DNA of 64,000 nt from a virus: IMG/VR virus record IMGVR_UViG_3300013013_000010; one strand, written 5' to 3'. The translations under genes were made by a program, and so were the position numbers. Every line of letters begins with the position of its first letter. Positions within the stretch are counted from its first letter, which is position 1. Below, in pieces: positions 32,341-41,722 of the stretch. The notes beneath the pieces were generated by a model. That model did no database searches, was not told the DNA's origin, and saw only the letters and a list, made by a program, of their open reading frames with translations.

Positions 32341-34556
32341 TGCCCCTCGCCCGCCGCCCCCGCTCCGCCGCCGTCACTCCACCCCCCGGCCGCCGCCTCA
32401 CCTCCCATCCGGCCGCCGCGGCCCTCCCTGCCGTCCTGGCCCGCGCCGAGACCCTCCTCGCCGCGGTCATGGTCGGCGTCGCCCAGTCCGCCGCCGCCGA
32501 ACTCCTCGCCGGACGCCTGGACGACCTCATCCTCGCCTTGCAGCGCGGCGACACTCACTCCGCCACCGAGATCCTGGCCAGCGCCTACGACGACGCCGCC
32601 GCCGAGGCCGCCCCCGCGTTCTCCGACCACCTCCAGGCCGCGATCGCCGACGTGTTCACCGACTCCTTCCTGGACCTGCTCGGCCCCGGCTCCCCCTCGG
32701 TCACCCCGCCCCGCCCGCCCTCGGCCGGAGCCCCCCGCCCCACCTCCGTCCCCCAGCTCCCCGACCTCCCCCCCCCGCCGGACTCCCGCGCCCCCTCGAT
32801 CGCCGCCGCCCTGGGCATCGACCCGGCCGACCCCATCGACCCCACCGACCCCGTCTGGGACCTGGACCGCCTCCTGCGCGGCACCGACGACGAACTCGCG
32901 CTCACCCACTCCGAGTGGCTGGACGCCCTGCGCGGCCTGGGCCGCCGCCCGGTCCGCCGCTACCCCCAGCTCCCCCCCGTCGCCGACGCCCTCCTTCGCC
33001 GGTTCAACCCGCGCGTCGCCCGCGAGGCCGACTGGCATACCTACCGCGCGATCGTGGGGCTCACCTCCGAGCAGCGCTCCGCGGTCCGCCGCGCCGTCAC
33101 CGCCGCGGTCTCCCCGCCCTCCCCACTCCGCCCCGAACTCCTCGCCCGCGTCCTGGCCCGCTCCGTCGGGCTCAACGGCGCCTGGCAGCGCTCCGCCGCC
33201 GCCTACCTGTCCACCATCGCCCACCTGCCTCCCGCCACCGTCGAGCGCCTCTACACCGCCCACACCCGCAACCTCATCGCCCAGCGCGCCCTGCTCATCG
33301 CCCGGACCGAGACCATGCGCGCGGCCAACTCCGGGCGCCGCCTGTCCTGGTCGGTCGCCACCCGCATCGACCTGCTCGACGGCGACCGCGCCGCGGTCCA
33401 GTGGCTCGTCGGCCCGTCGGGCTGGGCGGGCATCGACGTGTGCGAGCGCTGCGCGCCGATGGCCGACAAGGTCACCACCGTCGGCGGCGGGTTCGACTAC
33501 ACCACCCGCCGCAGCCACGGCTTCCTTTCCGGCCCGCCGCTGCACCCGGCCTGCCGCTGCTCCACGCGCATCCTGCCCGACCACTTCGCCGCGGACCGCG
33601 CCGAACTCCAAGGCCCCCTCGACCCTGCCACCGACCCCTCCGCGGCCACCGACCCCACCGACCCGGCCCGCCACCTGGTCCCCGCCGCCACCGTCCCCGA
33701 GGCCCAGCGCCGCGTCCAGCGCTACCTGGACGAGATCAACGGTGTCGACCCCGCCGACCTGGTCTCGCCCATCGACCGCCTGGACGGCAAGCCCGGCCTG
33801 CCCGACCTCACCCTCACCGACGACCCCGTCCACGCCGAGGTCCTCGCCGAGGCCGCCCAGTACGTCTTCGAGCGCCCCGTCGTCGAGCTGTCCGAACTCT
33901 CCGTCGACCAGGCCAATGGGCTCCTGGAGGCCCTCGCCATCTACGACCGCATCGGCCTGCGCCCCGTGATCGCCGAACGCCTGCGCATGATCTCGGGCCC
34001 CTCCCTGTACCAGGACCACCGGCCCCAAGGGCTGGGCCCCAACTCCTACGCCGAGGCGCTCACCCTCGACTGGGGCTCGATCGTGGCCATGCGCCCGGCC
34101 GCCTACGACGACGCGGCCGGGCTGCGCCGCGGGGTCGTCTCCGGCTTCCACCCGCCCGGCTCGGACACCTGGACGGGGATCTGGGCCCACGAGTTCGGCC
34201 ACGTCCTGGACATGGGCATGCGCGCGGCCGACGAGGCCGACGACTCCACCGCCCACGCCGAGCGCATGCGCGACGCCATCATCCGCGCCCTGGCCAGCGA
34301 CCACCCGGTCCTGGACTTCAACCGGGCCGCCGCGCTGTACCGGCGCAGCGCCGACAACTACCGCCTCAAGCTGGCCGAGGCGCTGTCCACCTACGCCACG
34401 GAGAACAACAAGGAGGCCGTCGCCGAGGCCGTCGCCGAGGCCCTCCTGGCTCCCGACCCCCGGCCGGTCGCCCGGGCGGTGCTGGCCGCGCTGTGGGATT
34501 CACTGCGTGCGCTTTACACCACCCTGCCCGACGCGCCTACACTGCCCCTGCGATGA
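32331..34556 (+). CDS. MuF/SPP1 gp7-like minor head protein with C-terminal zincin-like domain
   Basis: IARTET.RA.N.G; C..C; PPLHP.CRC; C-terminal HEFGH..D and S.YA..N..E..AE. Confidence 0.85.
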   Translation: MVLVPLARRPRSAAVTPPPGRRLTSHPAAAALPAVLARAETLLAAVMVGVAQSAAAELLAGRLDDLILALQRGDTHSATEILASAYDDAAAEAAPAFSDHLQAAIADVFTDSFLDLLGPGSPSVTPPRPPSAGAPRPTSVPQLPDLPPPPDSRAPSIAAALGIDPADPIDPTDPVWDLDRLLRGTDDELALTHSEWLDALRGLGRRPVRRYPQLPPVADALLRRFNPRVAREADWHTYRAIVGLTSEQRSAVRRAVTAAVSPPSPLRPELLARVLARSVGLNGAWQRSAAAYLSTIAHLPPATVERLYTAHTRNLIAQRALLIARTETMRAANSGRRLSWSVATRIDLLDGDRAAVQWLVGPSGWAGIDVCERCAPMADKVTTVGGGFDYTTRRSHGFLSGPPLHPACRCSTRILPDHFAADRAELQGPLDPATDPSAATDPTDPARHLVPAATVPEAQRRVQRYLDEINGVDPADLVSPIDRLDGKPGLPDLTLTDDPVHAEVLAEAAQYVFERPVVELSELSVDQANGLLEALAIYDRIGLRPVIAERLRMISGPSLYQDHRPQGLGPNSYAEALTLDWGSIVAMRPAAYDDAAGLRRGVVSGFHPPGSDTWTGIWAHEFGHVLDMGMRAADEADDSTAHAERMRDAIIRALASDHPVLDFNRAAALYRRSADNYRLKLAEALSTYATENNKEAVAEAVAEALLAPDPRPVARAVLAALWDSLRALYTTLPDAPTLPLR

Positions 34557-34819
34557 CTACTCCGGGCCCCTACCTCTGCCTCGCCTGCCGCCACCGCCGC
34601 TGGTCTGCCGCCCCGCGCGACGACGACCGGCCCACCTGCGCGGCCTTCCCCGACGGCATCCCCGAGGCCATCTCCCCCGGCGGCGGCGACCACACCCGCC
34701 CCTGGCCCGGCGATCACGGCATCACCTTCGCCCTGCCCGACCGCGACGCGCCGGACCGGGCCCACGCCGAGCGCGTCTACTCCGCGTGGATCAGGGCCGC
34801 GGCGACCCCCCGCCGCTAG
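34553..34819 (+). CDS. Small Cys-rich partner of MuF (candidate immunity protein)
   Basis: CxxC...C.AFPDGIP..I....DH..P.PGD.GI.F; ATGA-coupled to MuF. Confidence 0.7.
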   Translation: MTTPGPYLCLACRHRRWSAAPRDDDRPTCAAFPDGIPEAISPGGGDHTRPWPGDHGITFALPDRDAPDRAHAERVYSAWIRAAATPRR

Positions 34820-34904
34820 CACCACCCCGCCACCTGCCGCCGCCCCGCCCGCCCCACCTCACCTCGACCCGACCCGACCGCAGCCCGCCCGCTACCCTGC
34901 GTCC

Positions 34905-36209
34905 ATGTCCACCCTGGCCGCCGAGCGGCTCGCCGCGGTCATCCTGGCAGGCGTCGCCAAGCACCAGGCGGGCGGGCACGACCAGCACCTGGGCGGCAAG
35001 TACGACCAGCACGCTCTGGCATCGGCCCTCGCCTCCGCGCTCACCGCCGACCTGCTCAAGTCCTACAACCCCCGCCAGCCGCGCGACTCCCACGGCCGCT
35101 GGACCTCCACCGGCGGCGGCGCGGCCAGCTCCCCACCCACCCCCCTGTCCGCCACCAGCCCCGGCGAGCCCGACGAGTCCGACGAGCGCGCCTACGCGCT
35201 GTGGGGCGCGGTGGACGAGGCCGCCTACGACCACGACGACACCCCGGGCGGCGACATCGACGGCGCCGCCAAGGCCATGGCCGTGACCACCCTGGCCGAC
35301 GACCTGCACACCCGCGCCGACTCCGACCCGCAACTCGCCGCCTGGCGCGACCAGGCCGCCGCGAAGTACCACCGGGCGCTGGCCCCCAAGCCGCAGCTCA
35401 CCGCCGAGGAGGCCGCGGGCTTCGGCGACCTGCTCGACGAGCCCCTGCCCGACCTCAGCCCCCAGGAGGCCCTGCGCGCCACCTATCACGGCGCCACCGG
35501 CCTCAACCCGCCCGACTGGGCCGACACCCCCGAGAAGCTGGCCATGGCCGAGGCCGTCCAGCTCCAGCTCAACTCCTGGGCGGCGTCGTCCCAGTCCCCC
35601 CGGTCCCTGGCGCTCATGGACGCCGTCGCCGACCGCCTGGGCTCGACCGACCGCGGCCACCTGGACCGCGACGAGTCCGGCGGTGAGGCCGCGGACTTCG
35701 CCGCCGCCAACCGCCCGTTCCTCGCCGCCTTCGCCGACGTCTCCCACGCCCGCACCCAGCAGCGCCTGGCCGCCGCCGGGGTCAGCGAGCTGACCTTGCA
35801 CCGGGGCATGAAGTGGGAGTCCGACCAGCCCTACCCGGGCTTCGTCGAGGACCTGTACGGCAAGCCCGGCGACTACCGGGGCAGCGCGTCGGTGCGCCTC
35901 AACCCGCTGTCCTCCTGGTCGTCTGACCCCGAGGTCTCCGCCACCTTCGGCAGGGTCGACGACAGCTATGACCCCCAGGCCGCGGGCGTGATCCTGTCGG
36001 CCCGGGTCCCCGCCGACCGCGTCTGGGGCATGCCCGGCTCCGGGGTCGGCTCACGCGCCGAGGAGGAGTTCGTCGTCGCCGCGGGCGACCGCCCTCTGGA
36101 CGTCACCGTCTCCAACCTGTCCGGCGGCTACTTCAGCACCGACCACGCCGCCGCCGCCGAGGCGGGCGCGGCGTGGGACCCCGTCGCCGGGGAGTACGTG
36201 GACGCCTGA
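34905..36209 (+). CDS. Virion-associated ADP-ribosyltransferase-like protein
   Basis: N-terminal YNPRQPRDSHGRWT motif; C-terminal R-S-E pattern LHRG ... LSSWSSD ... AEEEFVV. Confidence 0.7.
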   Translation: MSTLAAERLAAVILAGVAKHQAGGHDQHLGGKYDQHALASALASALTADLLKSYNPRQPRDSHGRWTSTGGGAASSPPTPLSATSPGEPDESDERAYALWGAVDEAAYDHDDTPGGDIDGAAKAMAVTTLADDLHTRADSDPQLAAWRDQAAAKYHRALAPKPQLTAEEAAGFGDLLDEPLPDLSPQEALRATYHGATGLNPPDWADTPEKLAMAEAVQLQLNSWAASSQSPRSLALMDAVADRLGSTDRGHLDRDESGGEAADFAAANRPFLAAFADVSHARTQQRLAAAGVSELTLHRGMKWESDQPYPGFVEDLYGKPGDYRGSASVRLNPLSSWSSDPEVSATFGRVDDSYDPQAAGVILSARVPADRVWGMPGSGVGSRAEEEFVVAAGDRPLDVTVSNLSGGYFSTDHAAAAEAGAAWDPVAGEYVDA

Positions 36210-36228
36210 CCCCGGGTACCCTCAGCTC

Positions 36229-36555
36229 ATGAGCGCAGCCGAGTCCGCCGCCGTCGTCGCCTCTGAGCCGTACAACATCGACGCCGACGTGCGCAACGCC
36301 GACTGGGTCAAGCGCACCTGGGACCTGCCCCGCGACTCCGCGCTGCCCTGGCTGCGGGCCATCGGCGTCGAGGCCACCACCCCCGAGCCGCAGGCCCTGG
36401 TCCTCATCACCCGCGGGCTGCGTGCGCCGTCGGCCGCGGCCATGCCCCCCGACGTCGTGTCTGACCTCATCGCCCGCTACCCCGGCGCCGCGTCCGCGCT
36501 CACCGCCTCGCTCACCGCCGACCTCGCCGCTGCCCGCACCCGCCGCCGGGACTAG
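36229..36555 (+). CDS. Small partner protein (NADW.K.TWDLP), candidate immunity protein
   Basis: Directly follows the ART-like gene; TACCCT 6 nt before the ATG. Confidence 0.65.
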   Translation: MSAAESAAVVASEPYNIDADVRNADWVKRTWDLPRDSALPWLRAIGVEATTPEPQALVLITRGLRAPSAAAMPPDVVSDLIARYPGAASALTASLTADLAAARTRRRD

Positions 36556-36913
36556 CCCACCGCCCGCTCGGGCCGCCCCACCCCGCGCCACCCCGCGCCG
36601 CCGCCCCGCGCCCCTCCACCTGCGCTTCGCCCCCTCTGCGGCATAGGTCCGAACCCCTCTGACCGGCCGCAACGCGCCACGATCCCCTGGGACCTCACCC
36701 CACGTGACATCCCACCGACCCTCCCCCGATCGCGGCCCTGCGCGCCTCCTGAGCCATTCCCGCACCTCCCCCGGCCAGTCCGCTTCATACCTCTTGCCCC
36801 ACCTTGTACTACTGGCCTAGGCTCCCCCCGTTGACGCCGCCCGCCGCCGTCACCGCCTGTTCCAGCTAGTCACCGGGAGCCATCCGATCGTGGCCGTCTG
36901 TGCCCAGTCCACC

Positions 36914-37120
36914 ATGCCGACCGACCTGTCGCCGGGGGACGTACTCCTCGTGGACACCGCCGTGCTCCTCCCCCGACCCGGCGGCCACCTGCTCATCGTC
37001 CACGCCTACTCCGTGCGCGACGGCCGCTACCACCGCCTCCACCACCAGCTCGACTCCCTGGACCGCCTCGACGAGCTGACCGCCGTCCCCGCCGCCGTCG
37101 CCGGGGAGTGGCTGGCGTGA
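36914..37120 (+). CDS. Hypothetical protein
   Basis: ATG at 36914 downstream of the GTGGCC-N4-GTGCCC motif; GTG at 36890 is an alternative. Confidence 0.55.
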   Translation: MPTDLSPGDVLLVDTAVLLPRPGGHLLIVHAYSVRDGRYHRLHHQLDSLDRLDELTAVPAAVAGEWLA

Positions 37121-37461
37121 ACCCACTGCTGTCCCCCCCGCCGCGACCGCCGCGCGAGCTGGTCGCCGCCGCCTACCGCCACCACCGGCGTGTCAGGCGC
37201 ACCCTGCTGCTCGGCGAGACCACCGCACTGTTCTGTCTGTCTGCGGTCCGTGGCGCCGACAACGGCACCTGGCCCTGGGCCGTCGGCTACATCCTGCTGC
37301 TGTCGCTGGTCTGCGTCCTGGCCATGGCCTACGGCATCGCCCACGAACGGGCCGAGCAGTCCAGCGCGCTGCTGGCAAGCATCGACCTGTACCGGGCCGC
37401 CGCCCGGGTCGACCACCGCAACGGCGGCCCGGCCCGCCCCGGCCCCGTGGTGGACGTCTAG
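37117..37461 (+). CDS. Two-TM membrane protein
   Basis: GTGA overlap; hydrophobic segments. Confidence 0.65.
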   Translation: MNPLLSPPPRPPRELVAAAYRHHRRVRRTLLLGETTALFCLSAVRGADNGTWPWAVGYILLLSLVCVLAMAYGIAHERAEQSSALLASIDLYRAAARVDHRNGGPARPGPVVDV

Positions 37462-37518
37462 TACCCTGCCCCCGTCCCACCTTCGTGGCCGCGTGCCCCT
37501 CCCGCCGAGGACGCGCGC

Positions 37519-39186
37519 ATGGCTCCCGCCGCCACCCCGACCGCCGCCGCCGCCGCCGACGCCACCGCCGTGGTCAAGGCCGACGCGACCCGGCGCTACA
37601 CCTTCGCCCCCCTGTACATCCCCGACACCCTGGACGCCCACGGCGAGCACACCGACGCCGACACCCTCCAGCGCGCGGTGTGGTCGCTGGTCCGCAAGGG
37701 CGACCTGCGCCTGCGCCTGGAGCACGACACCGACGTCGTGGTCGGCGAGATCGTCGAACTCGTCTCCTGGCCCTTCGAGGTCACCGCCGCGCTCACCCTG
37801 CCCGACGGGGTGACCAAGACTGCCGCCACCCGCTTCCCCGCGGGCACGGTGTTCATGGGCGCGGTCTGGGAGCCGTGGGCCTGGCCGCTGGTCACCGAGG
37901 GCCTGGTCAAGGGCTGGTCGATGGGCGGGCGCGCCAAGCGCGTCACCGTGGACCTGCCCGCGGCCAAGGCCGCCTTCGCCGCCGCCGCCGCCCCCTCCCC
38001 ACTGCCGCTGGAACCGTTGCTGGCCGCGGCGCTTGCCACCGTCCTCAAGCGCCGCTACGTGCGCGACAACATCGGCCGCTTCGCCGTCACCCCCGGCGGC
38101 GCGCTCGGCGGTGCCACCTCGGCTCCCGGCGGCGGCAGCGGCGCCGCGGGTGAGCCGTCCGCCTCCCGCCCCGGCCCGGTCTACGGCTCCTCGGCCGCGG
38201 CCATGGAGCAGCGCGGCGACGGCGAACGACCGATGCCCGCGGGCCGCTACCCCGAGGGCGACCCGCGCAACGACCCCGACTACGAGTCCTACACCCAGCG
38301 CATCGACGCGGTCATCCAGGCCGAACTCACCACCAACGGCGACTCGCGGACGCGCAACTCCGTGCCTGACCCCGCCGACCCCTCCCGGCGCGTCTACACC
38401 CCCGAGCGCCAGGCCGACCACCAGCGCATCCTCGACCAGATCATGGCCGACAACGCCGCGGTCCCCACCGACCGCCAGGCGGTGATCATGGGCGGCCCGC
38501 CCGGTGCGGGGAAGTCCACCTTCGTGCGCAACCACGGCGCCCGGCTCGGGCTGACCTCCGACGCGCGCGGCAACCCCACCAACGCCATCGTCATCAACCC
38601 CGACGAGATGAAGACCGTCCTGCTCAACGGCCGCGGCGCCGACGGCCGCCCCCTGATCCCCGACGTCCCCGGCCTCAAGCGCGGCGAGATGGCCATGCTC
38701 GTCCACGAGGAGTCCTCCCACCTGGCCAACCTGCTGGCCGCCCGGGCCATGGCCGAGGGCCGCAACGTGGTCTTCGACGTCACCCTGGGCTCCGGCCCCA
38801 AGGCGCGCGCCAAGTACCTGGACCCCGCCCGCGCCCAGGGCTACTCGGTGACCGCCGCGTTCATCGACGGCGACCTGGCCACCTCCCGCCACCGCGCCGG
38901 GCTGCGCCACAAGCAGCCCAACCGCGAGACCGGCGAGCGTGGCATGTCCGGGCGTTACGTCCCCTACCCGGTCATCAACGCCCAGGCCCCCCGCCCCGGC
39001 GCGCGCACCTCCGACGGCCGCCCCGCCCGCTCGCAGAACCGCGTCGAGTACGACGGCCTGGTCGCCGAGGGCGTGTTCGACCAGGCCATCCGGGTCGACA
39101 ACGTCACCGGCGAGATCGCCACCGACGTCGCCCGCGGTGGCGCGGTCGTCACGCCGGGTACCATGGGCTCTGGAGGTGGACAGTGA
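37519..39186 (+). CDS. XkdF-like prohead serine protease fused to a Zeta-toxin-like P-loop kinase
   Basis: N-terminal Y.P...DAHG......L..A...H....G...E....G.....GWSMGG.A; C-terminal MGGPPGAGKST, INPDEMK, VHEESS, G.NVVFD.T, GR.VP. Confidence 0.85.
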   Translation: MAPAATPTAAAAADATAVVKADATRRYTFAPLYIPDTLDAHGEHTDADTLQRAVWSLVRKGDLRLRLEHDTDVVVGEIVELVSWPFEVTAALTLPDGVTKTAATRFPAGTVFMGAVWEPWAWPLVTEGLVKGWSMGGRAKRVTVDLPAAKAAFAAAAAPSPLPLEPLLAAALATVLKRRYVRDNIGRFAVTPGGALGGATSAPGGGSGAAGEPSASRPGPVYGSSAAAMEQRGDGERPMPAGRYPEGDPRNDPDYESYTQRIDAVIQAELTTNGDSRTRNSVPDPADPSRRVYTPERQADHQRILDQIMADNAAVPTDRQAVIMGGPPGAGKSTFVRNHGARLGLTSDARGNPTNAIVINPDEMKTVLLNGRGADGRPLIPDVPGLKRGEMAMLVHEESSHLANLLAARAMAEGRNVVFDVTLGSGPKARAKYLDPARAQGYSVTAAFIDGDLATSRHRAGLRHKQPNRETGERGMSGRYVPYPVINAQAPRPGARTSDGRPARSQNRVEYDGLVAEGVFDQAIRVDNVTGEIATDVARGGAVVTPGTMGSGGGQ

Positions 39187-39506
39187 GCGAGCTGACCGAC
39201 GTGATCCGCGCGCATGCCGCGGGCAGCCTGTCGCGCGACGCCCTGGTCCGCATCCTGACCCACTTCCCCTACCGCGGCTCCAGCGCCGCGATCGCGCCGC
39301 CAGCCGACGCCGCCGACGTCGGCCGCTGGTGGCACGAGGTCGAGGACGCCCCGGCCGCCCCTGATGGCACCTGGGGCGAGGTCGAGCTGGCCCGCCACCT
39401 GGACCTGCTGCCCGCCGACGTCTACGCCGAGGTCTGGCGGGCGAGGTTCCAGCCCGCGGCCACCGCCGACGCCGCCGACGCCGACGCCGACGCCGCCGAC
39501 GCCTAG
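39183..39506 (+). CDS. Acidic partner of the Zeta-like fusion (candidate antitoxin)
   Basis: GTGA-coupled; position only. Confidence 0.6.
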   Translation: MSELTDVIRAHAAGSLSRDALVRILTHFPYRGSSAAIAPPADAADVGRWWHEVEDAPAAPDGTWGEVELARHLDLLPADVYAEVWRARFQPAATADAADADADAADA

Positions 39507-39519
39507 CCCACCTGACCCC

Positions 39520-39708
39520 ATGGCCCACCACAAGCGCCGCCGCCACAAGACCAAGCGCGACGGCTGCCTGCTGTGCAAGCCCCACAAGCGCACCGGCGGC
39601 CAGCGCGGGGCCTGGAGGCCCTCCCGCCAGGTCACCGGCTGGGACATGGGCGGTTCCCGCCAGCGTCTGGAGCACCTGGTCGCCCGCTTCGAGCAGGCTG
39701 CGGGCTAG
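39520..39708 (+). CDS. Small basic protein with CxxCKPHK motif
   Basis: MAHHKRRRHKTKRDGCLLCKPHK. Confidence 0.65.
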   Translation: MAHHKRRRHKTKRDGCLLCKPHKRTGGQRGAWRPSRQVTGWDMGGSRQRLEHLVARFEQAAG

Positions 39709-39728
39709 CTCGCACTACACTGCGCTGC

Positions 39729-39956
39729 GTGACCGTGTCCTCACTCCCTGCCCGCAGCGTCGGCGAGCAGATCGACGCGCTGGACCTGCCCCCGGTCGTG
39801 CGCGCCTGGATCGGCCAGCTCCTGTCCATGGAGGTCCGCCAGCTCCTGGACGCCGACCCCGACCGTCAGGTGGAGGTCCGGCTGTTCGGCCGCGACGGCA
39901 AGGCCCGCAAGCGTCCGGTGATCCTGCTCAACGCCGGGCCGACCGAGCGCTACTAG
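39729..39956 (+). CDS. Hypothetical protein
   Basis: TACACT 7 nt before the GTG; high GC3. Confidence 0.6.
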   Translation: MTVSSLPARSVGEQIDALDLPPVVRAWIGQLLSMEVRQLLDADPDRQVEVRLFGRDGKARKRPVILLNAGPTERY

Positions 39957-39978
39957 CACCGAGCGCTACTAGCACCGA
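39942..39978 (+). repeat. Tandem 16-nt duplication ACCGAGCGCTACTAGC spanning a stop codon
   Basis: Copies at 39942-57 and 39958-73 plus a partial copy. Confidence 0.9.
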
Positions 39979-40055
39979 CTGCCACCTCCCACAAGCAGGA
40001 GGGCCCGAACCCTCCCCCAGGTCCGGGCCCCCCGTGCCCCCGCAGGCGCGTGATC

Positions 40056-40418
40056 CTACCCGGCGGCGCCCTCCAGCACCGGCGGGCGCTCTAGCCGCTG
40101 CCACCCGAACCGGTCGCAGCAGTACGCGACCTCGCCGACCACGACCACGTCGCCCACCGACAGCGACCGGTTGCGCCGCTTGCGGTACGCCGCCACCAGC
40201 TCCAGGTGCTCCCGAGCGACCCCGAACGCCTCCTGCGGGTAGCTGTTGCAGACCGCGAAGGCGAACTCGCAGGCCGCCTCGGCCCCGGCCGCGGCCACCT
40301 CCTGCGGCGCGTCGAAGGCGAACACCGCCTGGACCGCGTCGCCGTCCTGGTAGGCGGCTTCGCTGTACGGCCGCCCCCAGTGCCCGACCTCCATGTTCAG
40401 CACGATCGTGACCCTCAC
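40056..40418 (-). CDS. YodL-like (RSLSVGDVV) protein
   Basis: F...N.....Y..R.RSLSVGDVVVV..AY.C...GW pattern. Confidence 0.7.
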   Translation of the reverse strand: MRVTIVLNMEVGHWGRPYSEAAYQDGDAVQAVFAFDAPQEVAAAGAEAACEFAFAVCNSYPQEAFGVAREHLELVAAYRKRRNRSLSVGDVVVVGEVAYCCDRFGWQRLERPPVLEGAAG

Positions 40419-40420
40419 CG

Positions 40421-40633
40421 CTACCTCCCCGCCTTGACGCCGGTCTGTGCCTCGACCCGGTCGGCCAGCGCCTCCATGCGCCCGGCCGCCAGCCGCGCCT
40501 GCTCGCGCACCGCCGCGAACCGCTCGCCCGCGTACTTGCGCCCGCGCGCCTCGGTGCGCAGCCCCTTGGCCTGGGCGCGCAGCCCGTAGACCACGAACCG
40601 GACCTCGTCCTCGGTTTCCAGCTCGACCTGCAT
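40421..40633 (-). CDS. Hypothetical helical protein
   Basis: GGAGG RBS; downstream of a TATAAA promoter. Confidence 0.7.
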   Translation of the reverse strand: MQVELETEDEVRFVVYGLRAQAKGLRTEARGRKYAGERFAAVREQARLAAGRMEALADRVEAQTGVKAGR

Positions 40634-40661
40634 CCCGCTCCCTCCCCGGACCGAACCTCGG

Positions 40662-40701
40662 CCCGCATCTACTTTATACCACGCCGCTTGCTTGCATAAA
40701 C
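40662..40701 (-). promoter_or_regulatory. Strong leftward promoter (copy 1 of a duplicated motif)
   Basis: GTTTAT-N17-TATAAA within GTGGTATAAAGTAGATGCGGG. Confidence 0.7.
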
Positions 40702-40762
40702 CTCGCCGCGCTGGGCATACTCGCAGTGACGGCGGGGACCGGCCCCGCCGGGAGGGAGCGCC

Positions 40763-41026
40763 ATGGCCACCGTCGTCGTCCTCGGGCCCAACCTGCTGGA
40801 CCAGTCCGAGGGCACCTTCCACGTCCACAAGGCGGGCTGCGCGGACCTGGGCAAGCGCAAGTACGCCACCATCCCGGCCCGCGACAAGGCCGATGCGATC
40901 GAGGCCACCACCTACCGCGACGTGGTCCGCTACATCTACCCGCCCGGCGACTTCGGCTACGACGAGGACACCGAGCTGGACGACTTCGCCGGGGACATCA
41001 AGTTCTTCGACTGCTCCGAGCTGTAG
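40763..41026 (+). CDS. Hypothetical protein (FHVH..GC.DL)
   Basis: GGGAG RBS; high GC3. Confidence 0.75.
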   Translation: MATVVVLGPNLLDQSEGTFHVHKAGCADLGKRKYATIPARDKADAIEATTYRDVVRYIYPPGDFGYDEDTELDDFAGDIKFFDCSEL

Positions 41027-41028
41027 CG

Positions 41029-41265
41029 ATGGCCGCCCGCCGACCCGTACTCGACGACGACGACCTGTACTGGCTCGTGGGCATCGTGGAGGACGCCGAA
41101 GGGGTGGCCGACGCCCGTGAGGAGTACGAGCAGCTCAGCTTCCTCATGGGCCTGCGCGACCGGCTCAACGGTGACGACAAGCGCCGCCCCGCCATCGGCG
41201 ACGTGTCGGACTACCAGCGCGGGGCCGACTACGCCGAGCGCCTGCTCGCCGCCCTCGGCCGATGA
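41029..41265 (+). CDS. Hypothetical acidic protein
   Basis: ATG 2 nt after the upstream stop. Confidence 0.7.
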   Translation: MAARRPVLDDDDLYWLVGIVEDAEGVADAREEYEQLSFLMGLRDRLNGDDKRRPAIGDVSDYQRGADYAERLLAALGR

Positions 41266-41447
41266 CCTTCCGCGTGACCGTCCTCGCCCACCACCGCTGG
41301 TCCGGGCACCTGCACGCCCGGACCACGCTGGTCGTCGCCCGCAATGCCGCCGCGGCCTTCGCCCTGGCCGCCGCCATCGTCGAGGCCGACCCGCAGTACT
41401 GGGGGATCGACGGCGGTCACGCCGAGTGTTTAGACCAGCCCGGGTAG
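41262..41447 (+). CDS. Hypothetical protein
   Basis: ATGA-coupled. Confidence 0.6.
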   Translation: MTFRVTVLAHHRWSGHLHARTTLVVARNAAAAFALAAAIVEADPQYWGIDGGHAECLDQPG

Positions 41448-41467
41448 TGGTATAAAGTAGTTGCGGG
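41428..41467 (+). promoter_or_regulatory. Strong rightward promoter (copy 2 of the duplicated motif)
   Basis: GTTTAG-N17-TATAAA within GTGGTATAAAGTAGTTGCGGG, 20/21 identical to copy 1. Confidence 0.7.
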
Positions 41468-41500
41468 GGCCGGGAGGGCCGGGTCCGCGGGGAGGCGAGC

Positions 41501-41719
41501 ATGTTCCAGGCGGGCGACATCATCCGGGTGGTCCCCGGCGTGCCGGTCACCGGCGCCGGGCACCTGGCCACGGTCGACGCGGTCCGCGAGGCCGGGGCCA
41601 CCGACATCACCGTGGACATCGACGGGATCTGGCACGAGATCACGGTCCACCCGGGGGAGGCCACGCTGGTCACCCGCGCGGCGGACCGCCGCGACGACCA
41701 CACCACCAAGGAGGGCTGA
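41501..41719 (+). CDS. Small SH3/KOW-like beta protein
   Basis: FQAGD.IRV...G.LATV..V; GGAGG RBS. Confidence 0.65.
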   Translation: MFQAGDIIRVVPGVPVTGAGHLATVDAVREAGATDITVDIDGIWHEITVHPGEATLVTRAADRRDDHTTKEG

Positions 41720-41722
41720 CCC

